From the NCBI RefSeq assembly GCF_009914755.1, contig NC_060931.1: a stretch of 64,000 bases of DNA. One strand, given 5' to 3'. How positions within the stretch are numbered: the first letter of the stretch is position 1; every line of letters starts with the position of its first letter. The position numbers were made by a program, and so were the translations under genes. Below the pieces are notes generated by a model. That model was not told where the DNA came from, searched no databases, and worked only from the letters and a program-made list of their open reading frames with translations. This stretch comes from the human T2T-CHM13v2.0 reference genome, Homo sapiens. Below are positions 29,395 to 43,331 of this stretch, piece by piece.

Positions 29395-30959
29395 CCTTAG
29401 AACAAAGCAATTGCTTTCTCAGCAGATGGTTCATCGTTAAAGAGTTCCAGTTTTTTTAATAACTAAAATCTAATCCTTTTTCACAATGAAAGAAAATAAT
29501 TTGAAAATTATGTTTTAAGAAATACAAATTAGTCATAATCACATAACTCATGAGTAACTACTTTAACAATTGATTTTCTTTACAGAATTGTATATATTCA
29601 TATCTATCTATACAAATTAAAAATCTGTTATAAACATAATTTAAATCCTATTCTTTCCACTTATCTACTGCACAATGAATTCTTCAAAAAATCTCATATA
29701 ATTTATGCATCTTTTGTTAAACCTTAATAATTATACCTCATAGATTTGTGTCTATTAATAATCTACCCTTCCACTAGATTGCCACCAGTTTAAGAGTAGA
29801 AGCTGTTTTACTCATTTTGGAAGTCTCATGCTTAGTGTTATGACTAGGGCACGGCAGGTACTCATGATTGAATACATTTGAAATTTTAACAGTATAATTA
29901 TCTTTTACTCAATGTTATAGCTTACAGTCCTGGTCTTAGTTCAAAGAGAACATTCTCAAACTCATTACCTACTAATACCTAGCAACCGTTACACAGAAAG
30001 TAGGAATATCATGATTTCTGATTGTTAGTTCACTTTAGGGAGCTCATTACTTGAGAAAAATAGTATAGTTAGTCAATTCCCAAGGTTGTTTCAATCTTTC
30101 TTTTATTGCCTGAAAAGTAGCTTAACTTAAAATCACTTCCTTCAAATTGTTTCATGTCAAATACTTCTGGATGACATTTCAGTTTCTACCTAAAATTTAA
30201 TATTTGGTACTAAAGAGGATGATATATAATTTACAAAATAAACATTTGAAGATAGCTTTTTAAAATATGTTGGACCATTTTCCCGTGATAAGCTAGGTTT
30301 ACACAGGAATTCTATCCCATAAAGTAAACACTTAAGAGCTAAGATAAGTGTAAATTGTTTCAGCAAGGAAATATGTGCCCATGCTTATGTTTTATCTATG
30401 AGTACAAACTAGTTTGCATATTTTTGCTGAAAAAAAATCACTCGCTAGCCCTCCAGTAGTCAAAACAGAACTTTATCAGCTCAGTTAAAATGTTTGATTC
30501 ACTGGTCATTTTATACTAATCTCAATATTATTTTTCAAAATAACCTCTATTTTGGAAAACCAGGTAAGAAGTCATCCTGATCATAGGAATTAAATTCTGT
30601 TTTTCTCAGCTCCTTTTTAATAAGATAAAAACTAAGTAAGTGGGAGGTGGAGTACAGGAGCTTCATCCTTGGAAACTTGTAAAGTTGGCATCTGTGTCGA
30701 TTCACTGATTGTTTGCTTACACACTCTGTAACATAGAGAACTGTATTTCCCATGCCACCATGTGAATTGGCTTCTGTGTTGGTTATGTGAAATATTGAAG
30801 GTTGGGAAAAGAAGTCAGGGAAAGTCTTCTCACTATGGCATCTTTCTAGTGGCTGGGGAATCATCTGCAACTTCCGCTACTGCTAAGAATTCCCTTCTGC
30901 ATCTCTTATGCCCCAGCTGTCAACAAGCAGCCCTCACTGTGATTCTAGCTACATACAAC

Positions 30960-31560
30960 ATCCTGGAGTTCTAGGCTCTGTTAATGACACATTTCTTTCT
31001 TTCTATTCTCTTGTGCCCTTTACTGTATATTCCAATTTTTTATCTTACTGTCCTTAGGTGTGGATATTTTCTTCTGATCATCAATCCAGTTCACTAATCC
31101 TTATTTTGGGTCATTTATCTCAAACCCACTTATTGAGTCTTAATTTTAGTTTTTATTCTATATTCCTAAATTTTCTATTTGATTCTATTTCATAGATCCC
31201 AGTTCCCAGGTGAAATTCTTCATCTTGTTCTCTAGCACATCAAACATATTATTTTATCATTTATTTTAGAGTCTAATTAAATTCAGCATCTAGATCACAT
31301 GGGCCTATTTCTACTATAAGCATTTTCTTTCTGTTTTGATCCTTTGGTCTTGTCTTCTGTTATGACAAAGTTTTTGTGTGCATAAAAAATGTTGATTATG
31401 AATTCTTGTAAAGATAATTTGAAGTTCTTAGACTATTAGAACTCTCTATATTGAATTTCCATTTGCTCTAGCAGAAAGTTAATGAAGGAGCAGATAACCT
31501 TAAATTGATAGAGTATTGAACTAATTCAAACATATATTTCATTATTTTTGAATGGCTTTT
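30960..31560 (-). mobile_element. Old L1M/HAL1 fragment
   Basis: T-rich; ccagttcactaat...aaacccacttattgagt...ttctatttgattct. Confidence 0.5.
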
Positions 31561-31599
31561 TCTTTCTGGTTTGCCTTTACTCCCTCCAAGCTTTTTTTA

Positions 31600-32000
31600 T
31601 ATCTCACCCTATTTATCTCTTTAACTGTATCCTTTGTAATATCCCTTATAATATCCAGTAAACCTGAGTTCTGTGAGCCACTCTAGCAGTTTAAACCAAG
31701 GAGGTGGTTGTGGGAATCCTGATTTATAGCTGGTCAGTCAAAAGTTCAGGTAAAACAACCTGGGGCTTGCAGTTCGCATCGGGAGTTGGGGTCAGTCTTG
31801 TGGGACTGAGCCTAATACCTGTGGGATCTGATAGTAACACCAGGTAGACAGTATTGGAATTGGGAGACACCTAGCTGGTGTCTACTGCAGATTTTATTGC
31901 TTGCTTGTTGGTCGGGGGGAAAAGAAACACACATTTGGTCAGAGAAGTCTTCTGTGTTGATCATGAAATGAGAGTGGAGTTGTTTTTTTTTTTTCACTCA
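31600..32000 (+). mobile_element. MER21-family LTR, 3' part
   Basis: cctgagttctgtgagccactctagca, gatttatagctggtcagtcaaaag, gtcttgtgggactgagcc, acacatttggtc. Confidence 0.85.
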
Positions 32001-32539
32001 GAATTTTTTCCAAGACTCAGATGTAAATCTTCAATGGTCCCAAAAAATCCTAGGCTGTTGACCAGTATCCGTCCTCCTTGTGATTTCTAACCTGTAAGTT
32101 TTGTTTTTCCAGCATTATGTGACTTCTGAAAGCTCTGTTGAGCTTTTCAGCCTCCTTCTTACTACTTTCTGCTCAGCTTCTCAGCCACTCAGCTGTGGCT
32201 TATTAATTGGAAAATGCCTCAAGAGGCAGAAAGTCGGGCTTATTTACCGACACATCCCTCTTACCTGCAACATTGAACCCTCTGGCTCTTGCTGATTTCC
32301 TAATTTATCTAGTCCCTTCACATATGTTTCTAAAAGTGTTTTATCCAGATTTAGCAGTCATCCTTGGTTGTGGAAGGGTTGCCTTAATATGTTAGTCCAC
32401 AAAAATAGCCAAAATCTAAAATAACTGAATAAAAATTTATAGCAAAAATAGAAAACAATAGAAACGTTTTTAATCTAAAAGAAAACCACAAAAGGAGAGA
32501 TGTAAATCTAAAAATAGTTAAAATAAAAATAGCTAACTC

Positions 32540-33670
32540 TCTATGACCACCAAGGTCACTTCAGAGGAAAATAAAATGATTACAGATCTGGATCATGGAG
32601 AATACAAGATGAACTTGGAACATCTAGTTGTGCCAGAATAATAAAGAATAATAAAGTAATAAAGTGTTCAAAGAATGATGGGGATAGAATAAAAGAGTAA
32701 AGAAGCCAACTTGAATGTCTCCTTTTGGCCAAATCTGAGATAACTTGAGGATCAATTAAAATAATGGTAGAAATAGATTACAAAGTAAGAATCCATTTGT
32801 ACGTGACAATATAAATAAAATACAAGTAAATAATTGGATAAGAAGGAAAAGCTCTTCTTTCAGTAGCGTGGCAACTCATAAATACAGAAAAAAATGGTAA
32901 GATTAGAAAATCACCAGTGGATACTAAAACTAGTGGATTAAAAACTTGGTGAGAAACAATATTTAAAGCAAAGTATTTCTTCACACAAAAATGTATTAAT
33001 TTCATAGGGATCAGTAATCTTAGAGTGCAGAAACCTAGTGGATACCACCTTAAATAAAAGCTCTAAGTTAACATTGCTAATGTTAGGAAAAAAAACCTGA
33101 TGTTTCTCCTGATGCTGAGAAGGATAGATATATTCTGTGGTATTCCTGTCAAAAATGCATAAGCTGATTCTAACAAGGAAATGTCAGACACATTCAAATT
33201 GAGGGACATTCCACAAAGTAACTGGCCTGTACTTTTCAAAAAATGTTAAGATCAAAAAAGTGAAAGGCTATACAAGAGTAAATGAGTCTAAAGACGCATA
33301 GCAACTATCTGCAATGCATGATTCTAGATGGCATTTTATACTGGGAGAAGAAACAGGTTTTAGAACAATTGACCAAATTTGGATATAAACTGTGGATTAG
33401 ATAACAGCATTATGTTTATGTTCAATTTTCTGATTTTTGATAGTTAGGTGGGTTATGTAAAAGAATATCCTGGTTTTAAGAAATACACACTTAAGTGGTG
33501 TGTGTTTGTGTGTCCATGCACATATATACAGAGAGAGACAGAAGAAAGTAGATAGGGCAAAATATACCAAATTATTAAGCTAGGTAACAGGTATATGGGA
33601 GTTCCTTGTGTTATTTTGGAAGCTTTTCTATAAATTTGAAATTATATCAAAATTAAAAGCTTTCAACCAA
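32540..33670 (+). mobile_element. L1MC4/5-like 3'UTR
   Basis: atacaagatgaacttggaacatct...gtgccagaa, aaattgagggacattccacaaagtaactggcctgtac. Confidence 0.75.
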
Positions 33671-34138
33671 ACAAAAAACTAGATGACAATCTATTCCCCA
33701 AATTACAAAGTATAATTGGGTAGAGTCCAACCACTGAGAGCAGCAAGAAGCCAGTTATTTTTGTAAATATGTAAGAGGAAACAGGGGGAAAGAAAATAAA
33801 AACAACGTTCTGATAGAAAAATAGGCAACCAACAGTTCATAAGGGAAAAGCACACATGACTCTTCAACATACAAAATTGTATTCAGTTGACCTCTTCAGA
33901 TAAATTGAAATTATATAGAGATATTTCGAATATTTTACAATACAATATTTGCTAAGAATGTAGGAAAGTATGTATTCTCATATGTTGCTGGTTAGAGACA
34001 GGAAATGGTACAATCCTACCATAGATATTGTATGGTACAATATCTAGTAAAATCACACATGAATTTACTTTTTGACCCACCAATCCTATTTCTAGGAATC
34101 AATCACAATGATACACTACAAAAAATATTAAAAGATTT

Positions 34139-37100
34139 GAGGAGGGATCTGGCGAGATGGCCAAATAGGAACAGCTCTGGTCTGCAGCTCCCAGCAAGAC
34201 CAACAGAGGATGTGGGTGGTTTCTGCAATTCCAACTGAGGTACCCTGTTCATCTCATTGGGACTGGTTAGGGAGTGGGTGCAGCCCATGGAGTGCAAGCA
34301 GAAGCAGGGTGGGGCGTTGCCTCACCCAGGAAATGCAAGGAGCAGGGAGCCTCCCTTTCCCAGCCAAGGGAAGCAATAAGGGACTGTGCTGTGAGGGATG
34401 GTGCTATCTGGCCCAGATACTATGCTTTTCCCACAATTAAAAAAACTAGAGAAGCAAGAGCAAAAAAATCAAAAGCTAGCAGAAGACAAGAAATAACTAA
34501 GATCAGAGCAGAACTGAAGGAGATAGAAACACAAAAAATCCTTCAAAAAATCAATGTATTCAGGAGCTGGTATTCTGAAGATTAACAAAATAGATAAGAC
34601 TGCTAGCCTGACTAATAAGAAAAGAGAGAAGAATCAAATAGACACAATAAAAAATGATAAAGGGGATATCATCACTGATCCCATAGAAATACAAACTACC
34701 ATCTCAGAATACTATAAACACATCTATGCAAATAAACTAGAAAATCTAGAAGAAATGGATAAATTCATAGACACAAACACCCTCCAAGACTAAACCAGGA
34801 AGAAGTTGAATTCCTGAAGAGAACAATAACATGTTCTGAAATAGACACAGTGATTAATAGCTGACCAACTTAAAAAAAGCTCAGGGTCAGACAGATTCAC
34901 AGCCAAATTCTACCAGAGGTACAAGTGAGATCTGGTACCGTTGCTTCTGAAACTATTTCCAACAATAGAAAAAGAAGGACTCCTCCCTAACTCATTTTAT
35001 GAGGCCAGCTTCACCCTGGTCCAAAACCTGGCAGAGACACAACAAAAAAATAAAATTTCAGGCCAATATCCCTGATGAACATCAATGTGAAAATGCTCGA
35101 TAAAATACTGGCAAACTGAATCCAGCAGCACATTAAAAAGCTTATCCACCACGATCAAGTCAGCTTCATTCCTGGGATGCAAGGCTGGTTCAACATATGC
35201 AAATCAATAAGTGTAATCCATCACATAAACATAACCAATGACAAAAACCACATGATTATCTCAATAGATGCAGAAAAGGCCTTTGATAAAATTCAACAGC
35301 GCTTCATGCTAAAAACTCTCAATAAACTAGGTATTGATGGAACATATCTCAAAAGAATAATAGCTATTTATGACAAGCTGATAGCCAATATCATACTGAA
35401 TGGGCAAAAGCTGGAAGCATTTCCTTTGAAAACCAGCACAAGACAAGGATGCCCTGTCTCACCACTCCCATTCAACATAGTATTGAAAGTTCCGGCCGGG
35501 GCAATCAGGCAAAAGAAAGAAATAAAGCGTATTCAAATAGGAAGAGAGGAAGTCAAACTGTCTTGTTTGCAGATGACGTGATTGTATATTTAGAAAACCC
35601 CATCACCTCAGCCCCAAAACTCCTTAAGCTAATAAGCAGCTTCAGCAAAGTCTCAAGATACAAAATCAATGTGCAAAAATCACAAGCATTCCTATACACC
35701 AATAATAGACAAGCAGAGAGCAAAATCATGACTGAATTCCAATTCACAATTGCTACAAAGAAATAAAATACCTAGGAATACAACTTATAAGGAACATAAA
35801 GGACCTTTTCAAGGAGAACTACAAACCACTGCTCAAGGAAATGAGAGGACAGAAACAAATGGAAAGAAATTCCATGCTCATGAATAGGAATAATCAATAT
35901 CATGAAAATGACCATACTGCCCAAAGTCATTTATAGATTCAATGCTATTCATACCAATCTACCATTGACTTTGTTTACAGAGCTAGAAAAAAGTACTTTA
36001 AATTTCATGTGGAATGAAAAAAGAGCCTGTATAGCCAAGACAATCCTAAGCATAGACAACAAAGCTGGAGGCATCACACTACCTGACTTCAAACTATACT
36101 ATAAGGCTACCGTAACCAAAACAGTGTGGTACCAGTACCAAAACAGACATATAGACCAATGGAACAGAACAGAAGCCTCAGAAATAACACCACACATCTA
36201 CAACCATCTGATCTTTGACAAACCTGACAAAAACAAGTAATAGGGAAAGGATTCCATGTTTAATTAACTCAAGATGGATTAAAGACTTAAATGTCAAACC
36301 TAAAACCATAAAAACCGTGGAAGAAAACCTAGGCAATACCATTCAGGACATAGGCATGGGCAAAGACTTCATGACTAAAACAACAAAAGCAATTGCAACA
36401 AAAGCCAACATTGACAAATGAGATCTAATTAAACTAAAGATCTTCTGTTCAGCAAAAGAAGCTATCATCAGCGTGAACAGGCAACCTACAGAATGGGAGA
36501 AAATTTTTGTAATCTATCTATCTGACAAAGGTCTAAAATCCAGAAATTACAAGGAACTTAAACAAATTTGCAAGGAAAAAACCAAACAATCCCATCAAAA
36601 AGTGGGTGAAGGATGTGAACAGACACTTCTCAAAAGAAGACATTTATGTGGCCAACACACCTATGAAAAAAAGCTCATCATCACTGATCATTAGAGAAAT
36701 GCAAATCAAAACCACATTGAGATAACATCTCACACCATTTAGAATGGCGATCATTAAAAAGTCAGGAAACAACAGATGTTGGAGAGGATGTGGAGAAATA
36801 GGAACACTTTTACGGTGTTGGTGGGAGTGTATATTAGTTCAACCATTGTGGTGGACAGTGTGGCGATTCCTTAAGGATCTAGAACCAGAAATACCATTTG
36901 ACCCAGCAATCCCATTACTGGGTATATATCCAAAAGATTATAAATCATTCCAGTATAAAGACACATGCACATGTATGCTTATTGCAGCACTATTTACAAT
37001 AGCAAAGACTTGGAACCAACCCAAATGCCCATCAATGATAGACTGGATAAAGAAAATATGGCACATATACACCATGGAATACTATGCAGCCATTAAAAAA

Positions 37101-37442
37101 GAATGATTTCACGTCCTTTGCAGGGACATGGATGAAGCTGGAAGCCATCATCCTCAGCAAACTGACTCAGGAAGAGAAAACCAAACACCTCATGTTCTCA
37201 CTCATAAGTGGGAGTTGAACAACAAGGACACAGGGAGGGGAACATTACACACTGGGGCCTGTTGGGGGGTGGGGGGAACGGGGAGGGAGAGCATTAGGAC
37301 AAATACCTGAGGCATGTGGGACTTAAAACCTAGATGATGGGTTGATAGGTGCAGCAAACCAGCATGGCACATGTATACCTATGTAACAGACCTGCATGTT
37401 CAGCACATGTATCCCAGAACTTAAAGTTAAATTTTAAAAAAA
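34139..37442 (+). mobile_element. L1PA7/8-like element with both ends but a large internal deletion
   Basis: 5'UTR start (gatggccaaataggaacagctctggtctgcagctccc) runs to 34434 and is fused to ORF2 (aattaaaaaaactagagaagcaagag), followed by a disrupted RT and the 3'UTR. Confidence 0.93.
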
Positions 37443-38019
37443 TTAATAGGAAAACAAAAGAAATGCAAATTGAAATAGTACAACCACTTTTGAAAGCAGT
37501 CTGGCATTATCTAATAAATTTGGCAATGTGTTACTGTAAAAAAAAAAAAAAAGAAAAATTTCCTCCAGCACGACATTGGCTAATGTAGTAATTTTTCAGA
37601 ATAATTTTACAAATGATAAAGGTCTTTTAAAAATACAGTCAGAAGAATTAAGCAGGAAAAATAAAGATGTGTTAACATGGCCAGTAAGTGCCAAATATCC
37701 ATCAAAAAGAAACAGTTGAATAAATTAGCATCCATTCACACAAACAATGGAGCATTACCAACCTTTAAAATAAAGAAGGTAGATCTCCATGTACTTTATA
37801 CTATATTGTAGGTAACATATTTTTAGGTGAAAAAATATACAATTTGAAGGAAAGTATGTATTGTATACTACTATTTACCTGAGTGAAGGAAATAATATAT
37901 TAACATATTTATTTACAGTAAAAAGGGGAAAGAGGGGTGAGCAAAAAGTAAAGGAAAAAATGATTGGGTGTAATGGGGCAGAGGCATGAGGGAGGAGAAA
38001 ACAGCAGACTAAGAATATA

Positions 38020-38348
38020 CAGTTGACCTTCTGTAACCATGGGTTCCACATCTGTGAACTCAACCAACCATCAATCAAAAATATTAGGAAAAAAAATTGC
38101 ACCTGTACTGAATTTATACACACTTTTCTCATCATTATTTCCTAAACATTACAGTATAATAACTATTTACATAAGCACTTACTTATATTAGGTATCATAC
38201 ATAATCTAGAAATGACTTAAAGCCTGTGGCAGGACGTGCATAAGTTATATGCAAAGAGTTTACCATTTTATATCAGGCACTTGAGCATCCTCAGAGTGTC
38301 ATCAAGAGGTCCTGAAAACAATCCCCCAGGGATAGCAAGAAATGATTA
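38020..38348 (-). mobile_element. MER2 (TcMar-Tigger) MITE
   Basis: cagttgacctt...caaccaac...ccattttatatcaggcacttgagcatcc, with TA at both ends. Confidence 0.88.
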
Positions 38349-38391
38349 TACCTTCTTTTGTATATTTGATAACATTAACTGTTACTAAAAA

Positions 38392-38443
38392 TGTGTGTGT
38401 GTGTGTGCGTGCATGTGTGTGTCAGAGAGAGAGAAGGAGAGAG
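38392..38443 (+). repeat. Compound (TG)n(GA)n microsatellite
   Basis: Directly visible. Confidence 0.85.
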
Positions 38444-38995
38444 AAGTTATGTAGTCTAATAAGGCTTAATTAAATTATCATACAGAGGGTTATAGAAGAA
38501 TTTTCAAAGGGTTGTTCATAGTAGATTCCTGCAGTGGGGAGTAAGGTTAGTCTTGCAGAAGAAGATGAGGAGGAAGGCAGTAGAAAAAGAGAATGTAAGA
38601 AAAAAAAAACTGCCTTAAATTCAGTGGCCATTGGAAACACATAATAAAATAAAGCAAAGCAAACAGATAATATATATGCCAGAGTCCTATTTATTAAAAT
38701 TATATTTATATTCATAAACAGATATAAAAAAGAAATCAATGAAATATCAATGGTGATTTTTAAGGATAGTAGGATTTTAGATCATATATACTTTACTATT
38801 TATATGTGTGTTATTCATTTTTCCTAACAATCACATTGTACTATTTATAAATCTAGAAAAATACAATAAAGTGATTTTCATTCTAGGCAAAAAGAACTAC
38901 TACACACTAATAAAGAATAACTAAAAGAGCAACATTCCAAAAGGAAAATGTGTCAGGGATGTGAACAGTCATTTAACAGATAAAATACAAAGAGT

Positions 38996-39031
38996 ATTTT
39001 ATTTATTTATTTATTTACTTATTTATTTATT
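38996..39031 (+). repeat. (TTTA)n tetranucleotide repeat
   Basis: Directly visible, one interruption. Confidence 0.9.
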
Positions 39032-39109
39032 CAAAGAGTATACAATTGGAAACATATTTAACTGTTTGATAATCAAGGAAATGCAAAATAAGGCAACAGA
39101 TTGAACACA

Positions 39110-40090
39110 GAGCAGGGGAGAAAGGGAGTCAAGAATTATTCCAAGGATATTGGCATGAGAAACTGGAAGAATAACTGGTTATTGGTGACAAGAAGAACAC
39201 TTTGAGGAGGAAGATAAGGAGTTTGGTTTTAAGTTAAGATGTTTATGAAATATCCAAGTGGAGAAGTTAACCTGTCAGTTGGATGTATGAGCCTGGAGTC
39301 TAGGAAAGAGTGTTTCCCACAAAGAAATAATATTTAAAGCCATGAACTTAGATGAAATCACCAGGAAGTGATTTAATGTATAAAATAGTTTCAAGGACTG
39401 AATCCTAGGGCGCTTCAGAGTCAGAATGTGGGGAAAAGTGGAGGAACTAGTGTAAAGAAATGTGTCGGATTAAAAGGAAAATCAGGAGATTGTGGATTCC
39501 TGAAAGAAAAACATTTCAGGAGAGAAATCATCTAAGTCAGTAGGACAATAACTGATAATTTATCATTGGATTTAGCAATATGAAGGTCAATTTTTAAAAA
39601 AGGACAATTTCAGGGAAGTAGTAGGGACGAAATCTATTTAGATGGGTTCAGGGAGTCAGACAGAATGGAAGGAGAGGACCTGAGACAGTGAGGTTAGACA
39701 GCTCTGTGAGGAGTTTGGATGCAATGGGATGTTATGAAATGAAATAAATCAAGGGGGTTCTGTGTCAAGAGAAAGATTTTTTTCTACAATGAGAAATTAT
39801 TGTCTATAGGCCAATGAAAATTATAAGTCACATGTTGTGACTTGTAATTAATTATTAAGAAAATTAATGATTAAGAAAATAATGGAGAAATTCCTGGAGG
39901 GAGGTGAGGGAAGATGCAATCTAATGTCTAAGTGAAAACATCAGCCTTAGGAGCGCAGGCTGCTCACACAGAGTATATGGACACAATTTCAAATCAGTGA
40001 GCAAATATAGGGTGGTCAGAGCTACTGAGATTTTTCTTATTGCTTCAATTTCTTCAGTAAAATTAGCGAGAGTGCATATGGGGTAGGAAA
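39110..40090 (-). mobile_element. L2 fragment
   Basis: atatccaagtggagaag...gttggatgtatgagcctggag, tatttaaagccatgaac, cattggatttagcaa. Confidence 0.7.
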
Positions 40091-40882
40091 TATTAGAAGT
40101 TTTAGTAAGAAAGGAATGAAATATCCAGATAAAAACGATGAATAATGTAATACCCAAACCATTTGAGTTGACATGTTCCAGGCTGTGAGCCAATATTGAG
40201 GTCATGATATTTATTTTTTTAACCAGTCAAATGATTTCTTATTTATAGTTCCATACTGAAGGATCGACTGGATTCCAAATACATGGGCTCCAGAAAACAC
40301 TTTCACACCCTTTAGCTGCACATTTCACCATGAGGCAGAAGACGACTCAATATTAAGTCACTAATTAAGTAACTTTCTATATGCATGGCTATCTTCAAAG
40401 TTTCAAAATCACATTAAGTAAATTAGTATATGAATAAGCTAAATGCTTAGGCATTATAAATGACACTATAACTTTCTCTATCCATTTTAATAACAAATGT
40501 ATTGATTGTTTATCATTTACTGACAGATTTCCTGTAATTTGTACCAGGGTGTCACAGACAAAACATGTAGGGCTAGTCTGATTTTCAAGAATAAACCTTT
40601 TCTATTGCAGATATTGACTCTCCAGACCATACATGGAGCGACTCACATCCTCATATTGTTGAAATCAAAGGCTGGCATAGTCTTTATTTCTATATGCAAG
40701 CTTGGTCATACAAAAGGATCTTTGTCCTGACAGATATTTTATCCTGCAGAAGTGCTTCATTTTGGTTATTGTTTGGATTTGGTTTACAATTTTTCCTTCA
40801 AAGTTTTTCTTCAGTAAGCCTACTGAATATGCTAATGTGATTACCTCATGTGAACACTTCAACCTGACTTGATACTTTAGGT

Positions 40883-41413
40883 CTGTAGTATCCAACATGG
40901 TAGCCAACAAGTTGCTATAGAACACTTAGAATGTTCCTAGTGCAACTAAGGAACTGAATTTTCAATTTTCCTTAATTGTAGTTAATTTAAATTTAAAAAC
41001 AAATTATTTAAAACTATTTTTTCACTTAAAATACTTCACTGTTTTTGCAGAAGTACAGCTCATATTAACCATTGAAAATTCAGCATATGAAGGGAGATGA
41101 GCTCTAGGGAAGAAAAAAGATTGAGATGGGCTGTAAGTGTAAAACACTTGCTGGATTTGAAGACTTAGTATGAAATAAAGAATAAAAAAATCAGCCTGAT
41201 AATTTGTATATTGACTATTGAAATGCTAATCCCTTGAATAAAATGGTTTCAGTAAGTCACATAATAATAAAATATTAAAAATATTTTATTAGTTATAAAG
41301 TACTGTAAGATAAAATTAAAACATAAATAAGTATATCTTGCTTTTTAAATGTAGCTAGTAGAAAATGCTAAATTACTTATTGTGGGTCATACATATTTTT
41401 CTGGACAGCACTG
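40883..41413. mobile_element. Charlie1b/MER3-MER33-type hAT DNA transposon
   Basis: TIR-like ends ctgtagtatccaacatggtagcc / tggacagcactg, internal gctgtaagtgtaaaa...gaagacttagta. 8-bp TSD ctttaggt / ctttagtt. Confidence 0.8.
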
Positions 41414-43200
41414 CTTTAGTTTATTAAGTATAAAGTTGGTTCCAGATGAATAGAAAGGCTCACAGGTTATTACTGTTGTGAGACATCTTTCCCTCTGGTG
41501 AGGCAAAGAGCATTACTTTAACCTTTCCAATCATTTTCTCTCTGTGGCTTCAGAATTAACAAGAAGAAGTTACATGATGAAGACTATCTTTCTAAGAGAA
41601 TTGTCTAACGACATAAAGAGTATCAGAGAAAAGAGCAGGTATCCATTCTAGGGTAGGTTCAAAAAGGGCCTGAATCAGTACTTGTTGATATAGAAAATAC
41701 CAGAAGGCGTTGGAGAAATAAGTATTAATTTACTGAATGTTTTCCAATAAATTTCTTAGTTTCAAAGTCAGGAATAAAACATATCTATGAGGCTACCTTA
41801 TAAGAGAAGTTTTTGTAACATGTGCATTCCAAGTCAAGCAGTTAAAAGACATATTGGCCCTTGTCATTTTACTTTTTTTTCTTTTTAATCACTACCTTTT
41901 CTTTTTCTTTTCTCTTTCCTTGTTTTTCTTATTTCATTTTCCAAGGAAACAGCAGAATAGCATGACCAGTCTGGGCAAATTTATCAGAATGGAGAAGTTT
42001 TATTTGGCATCTTCTTTCTTAGTGATATTCTTCCTCCTTTTGGCAATACGTTTAATGCCTAGAGCTACCCAAGGTCTCCATTTAAAACTCCAGCGAAAGA
42101 CTACCTTTTTGAAAGAGAATAATAAATCAACATGTGCTAATATATTTTCTGTCCATTTATTAATATTTCATGGGCATAATGCCTTATCCCAATACAATAA
42201 AATTCTCAGGGCCCATGACAGGCAATTGGAGAATGTATTTTGGGAATGTCAGAACTTTTGTACCAAACTCAGATTTTACCATTTTGACAGCTGTCTATTC
42301 CACCTACTGGGCCTATTAAGGCTCTGTTGGTTGGTTTTATTAAAACCAATTTAACTTATTGAATTTTTTCCTGTTTATCAAAGAAAAATATATTCCAAAG
42401 CTCTGATAGAATGCAGTACTTTCTACACAGAGGTAATAATTCATTTTCAAAATTCTCATAGTCTCACAATTTCTTTAAAAAATACAGTGTGTGGATGCAG
42501 CACTGCTGCATACTCTTCACTTAGCCAGTGTAAAAGTTTCTTGCAAATATTTGATGGGAGTCATATTTGAGTTAGCATAACTTTATTTATTCCCTGGTGC
42601 GTGGGATTTTATTGCTTGGGTCCATGTGGGATAGTCCTCAGAGTGATAGATGACTCACTGAAACAGCTGTGACCTGACAGAGTTCTTGCTGAAAATGCAT
42701 TTTCTGTATAAACTTGATTTTTTAAAAAACAATATCCATGATGTCATTGCAGTCTTCAAGTTCAACTCTCCCTGGGGATGGAGTAACACTCTTTTATAGG
42801 TGGTAATGGAACAGATGGGCTCATGTGGACAGCATGAAGAGGAGGGAAGAAAGATGGCAATGTATAAGCATTTGTGGAGCTAAACAGCACACAAAGTGGC
42901 CTATTTATTACTAAAGCTATGATGGACCCATTATGTGATGTCTTGAAATTCCTAGAAATGCCCCACTGGAGCTGGTAATCAACAGAGGATGCTGAGCAAG
43001 GCTGATCCTAGGCAAAACTGCAGGATGCCACATCAGCTTCACCTGACGAGACTCCTATAGTGCTTTTCTGCCCCATGGCACACTCCCCTGTTGTCTTTTT
43101 TCATCCTTTCTAGAAGGATCCTAACAACATCCTCAGCTTATCTGTTTTTCAGTTTCTTCATCTTAACAATTAATAAACAATAGTTCATCTCTCGGCATAG

Positions 43201-43331
43201 TTTGTTTTTCTGTAGAGATGGGGTCTCACTATGTTGCCCAGGCTGGTCTTGAACTCCTACCGTCAAACATTTTTTTTCACCATGGCCTCCCAAAGTGCTG
43301 GGAGTACAGGCATGAGCCACTATGCCTGGCC
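43201..43331 (-). mobile_element. FLAM / Alu left monomer inserted in a MIR
   Basis: gtagagatggggtctcactatgttgcccaggctggtcttgaactcct...catgagccactatgcctggcc. Confidence 0.88.
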
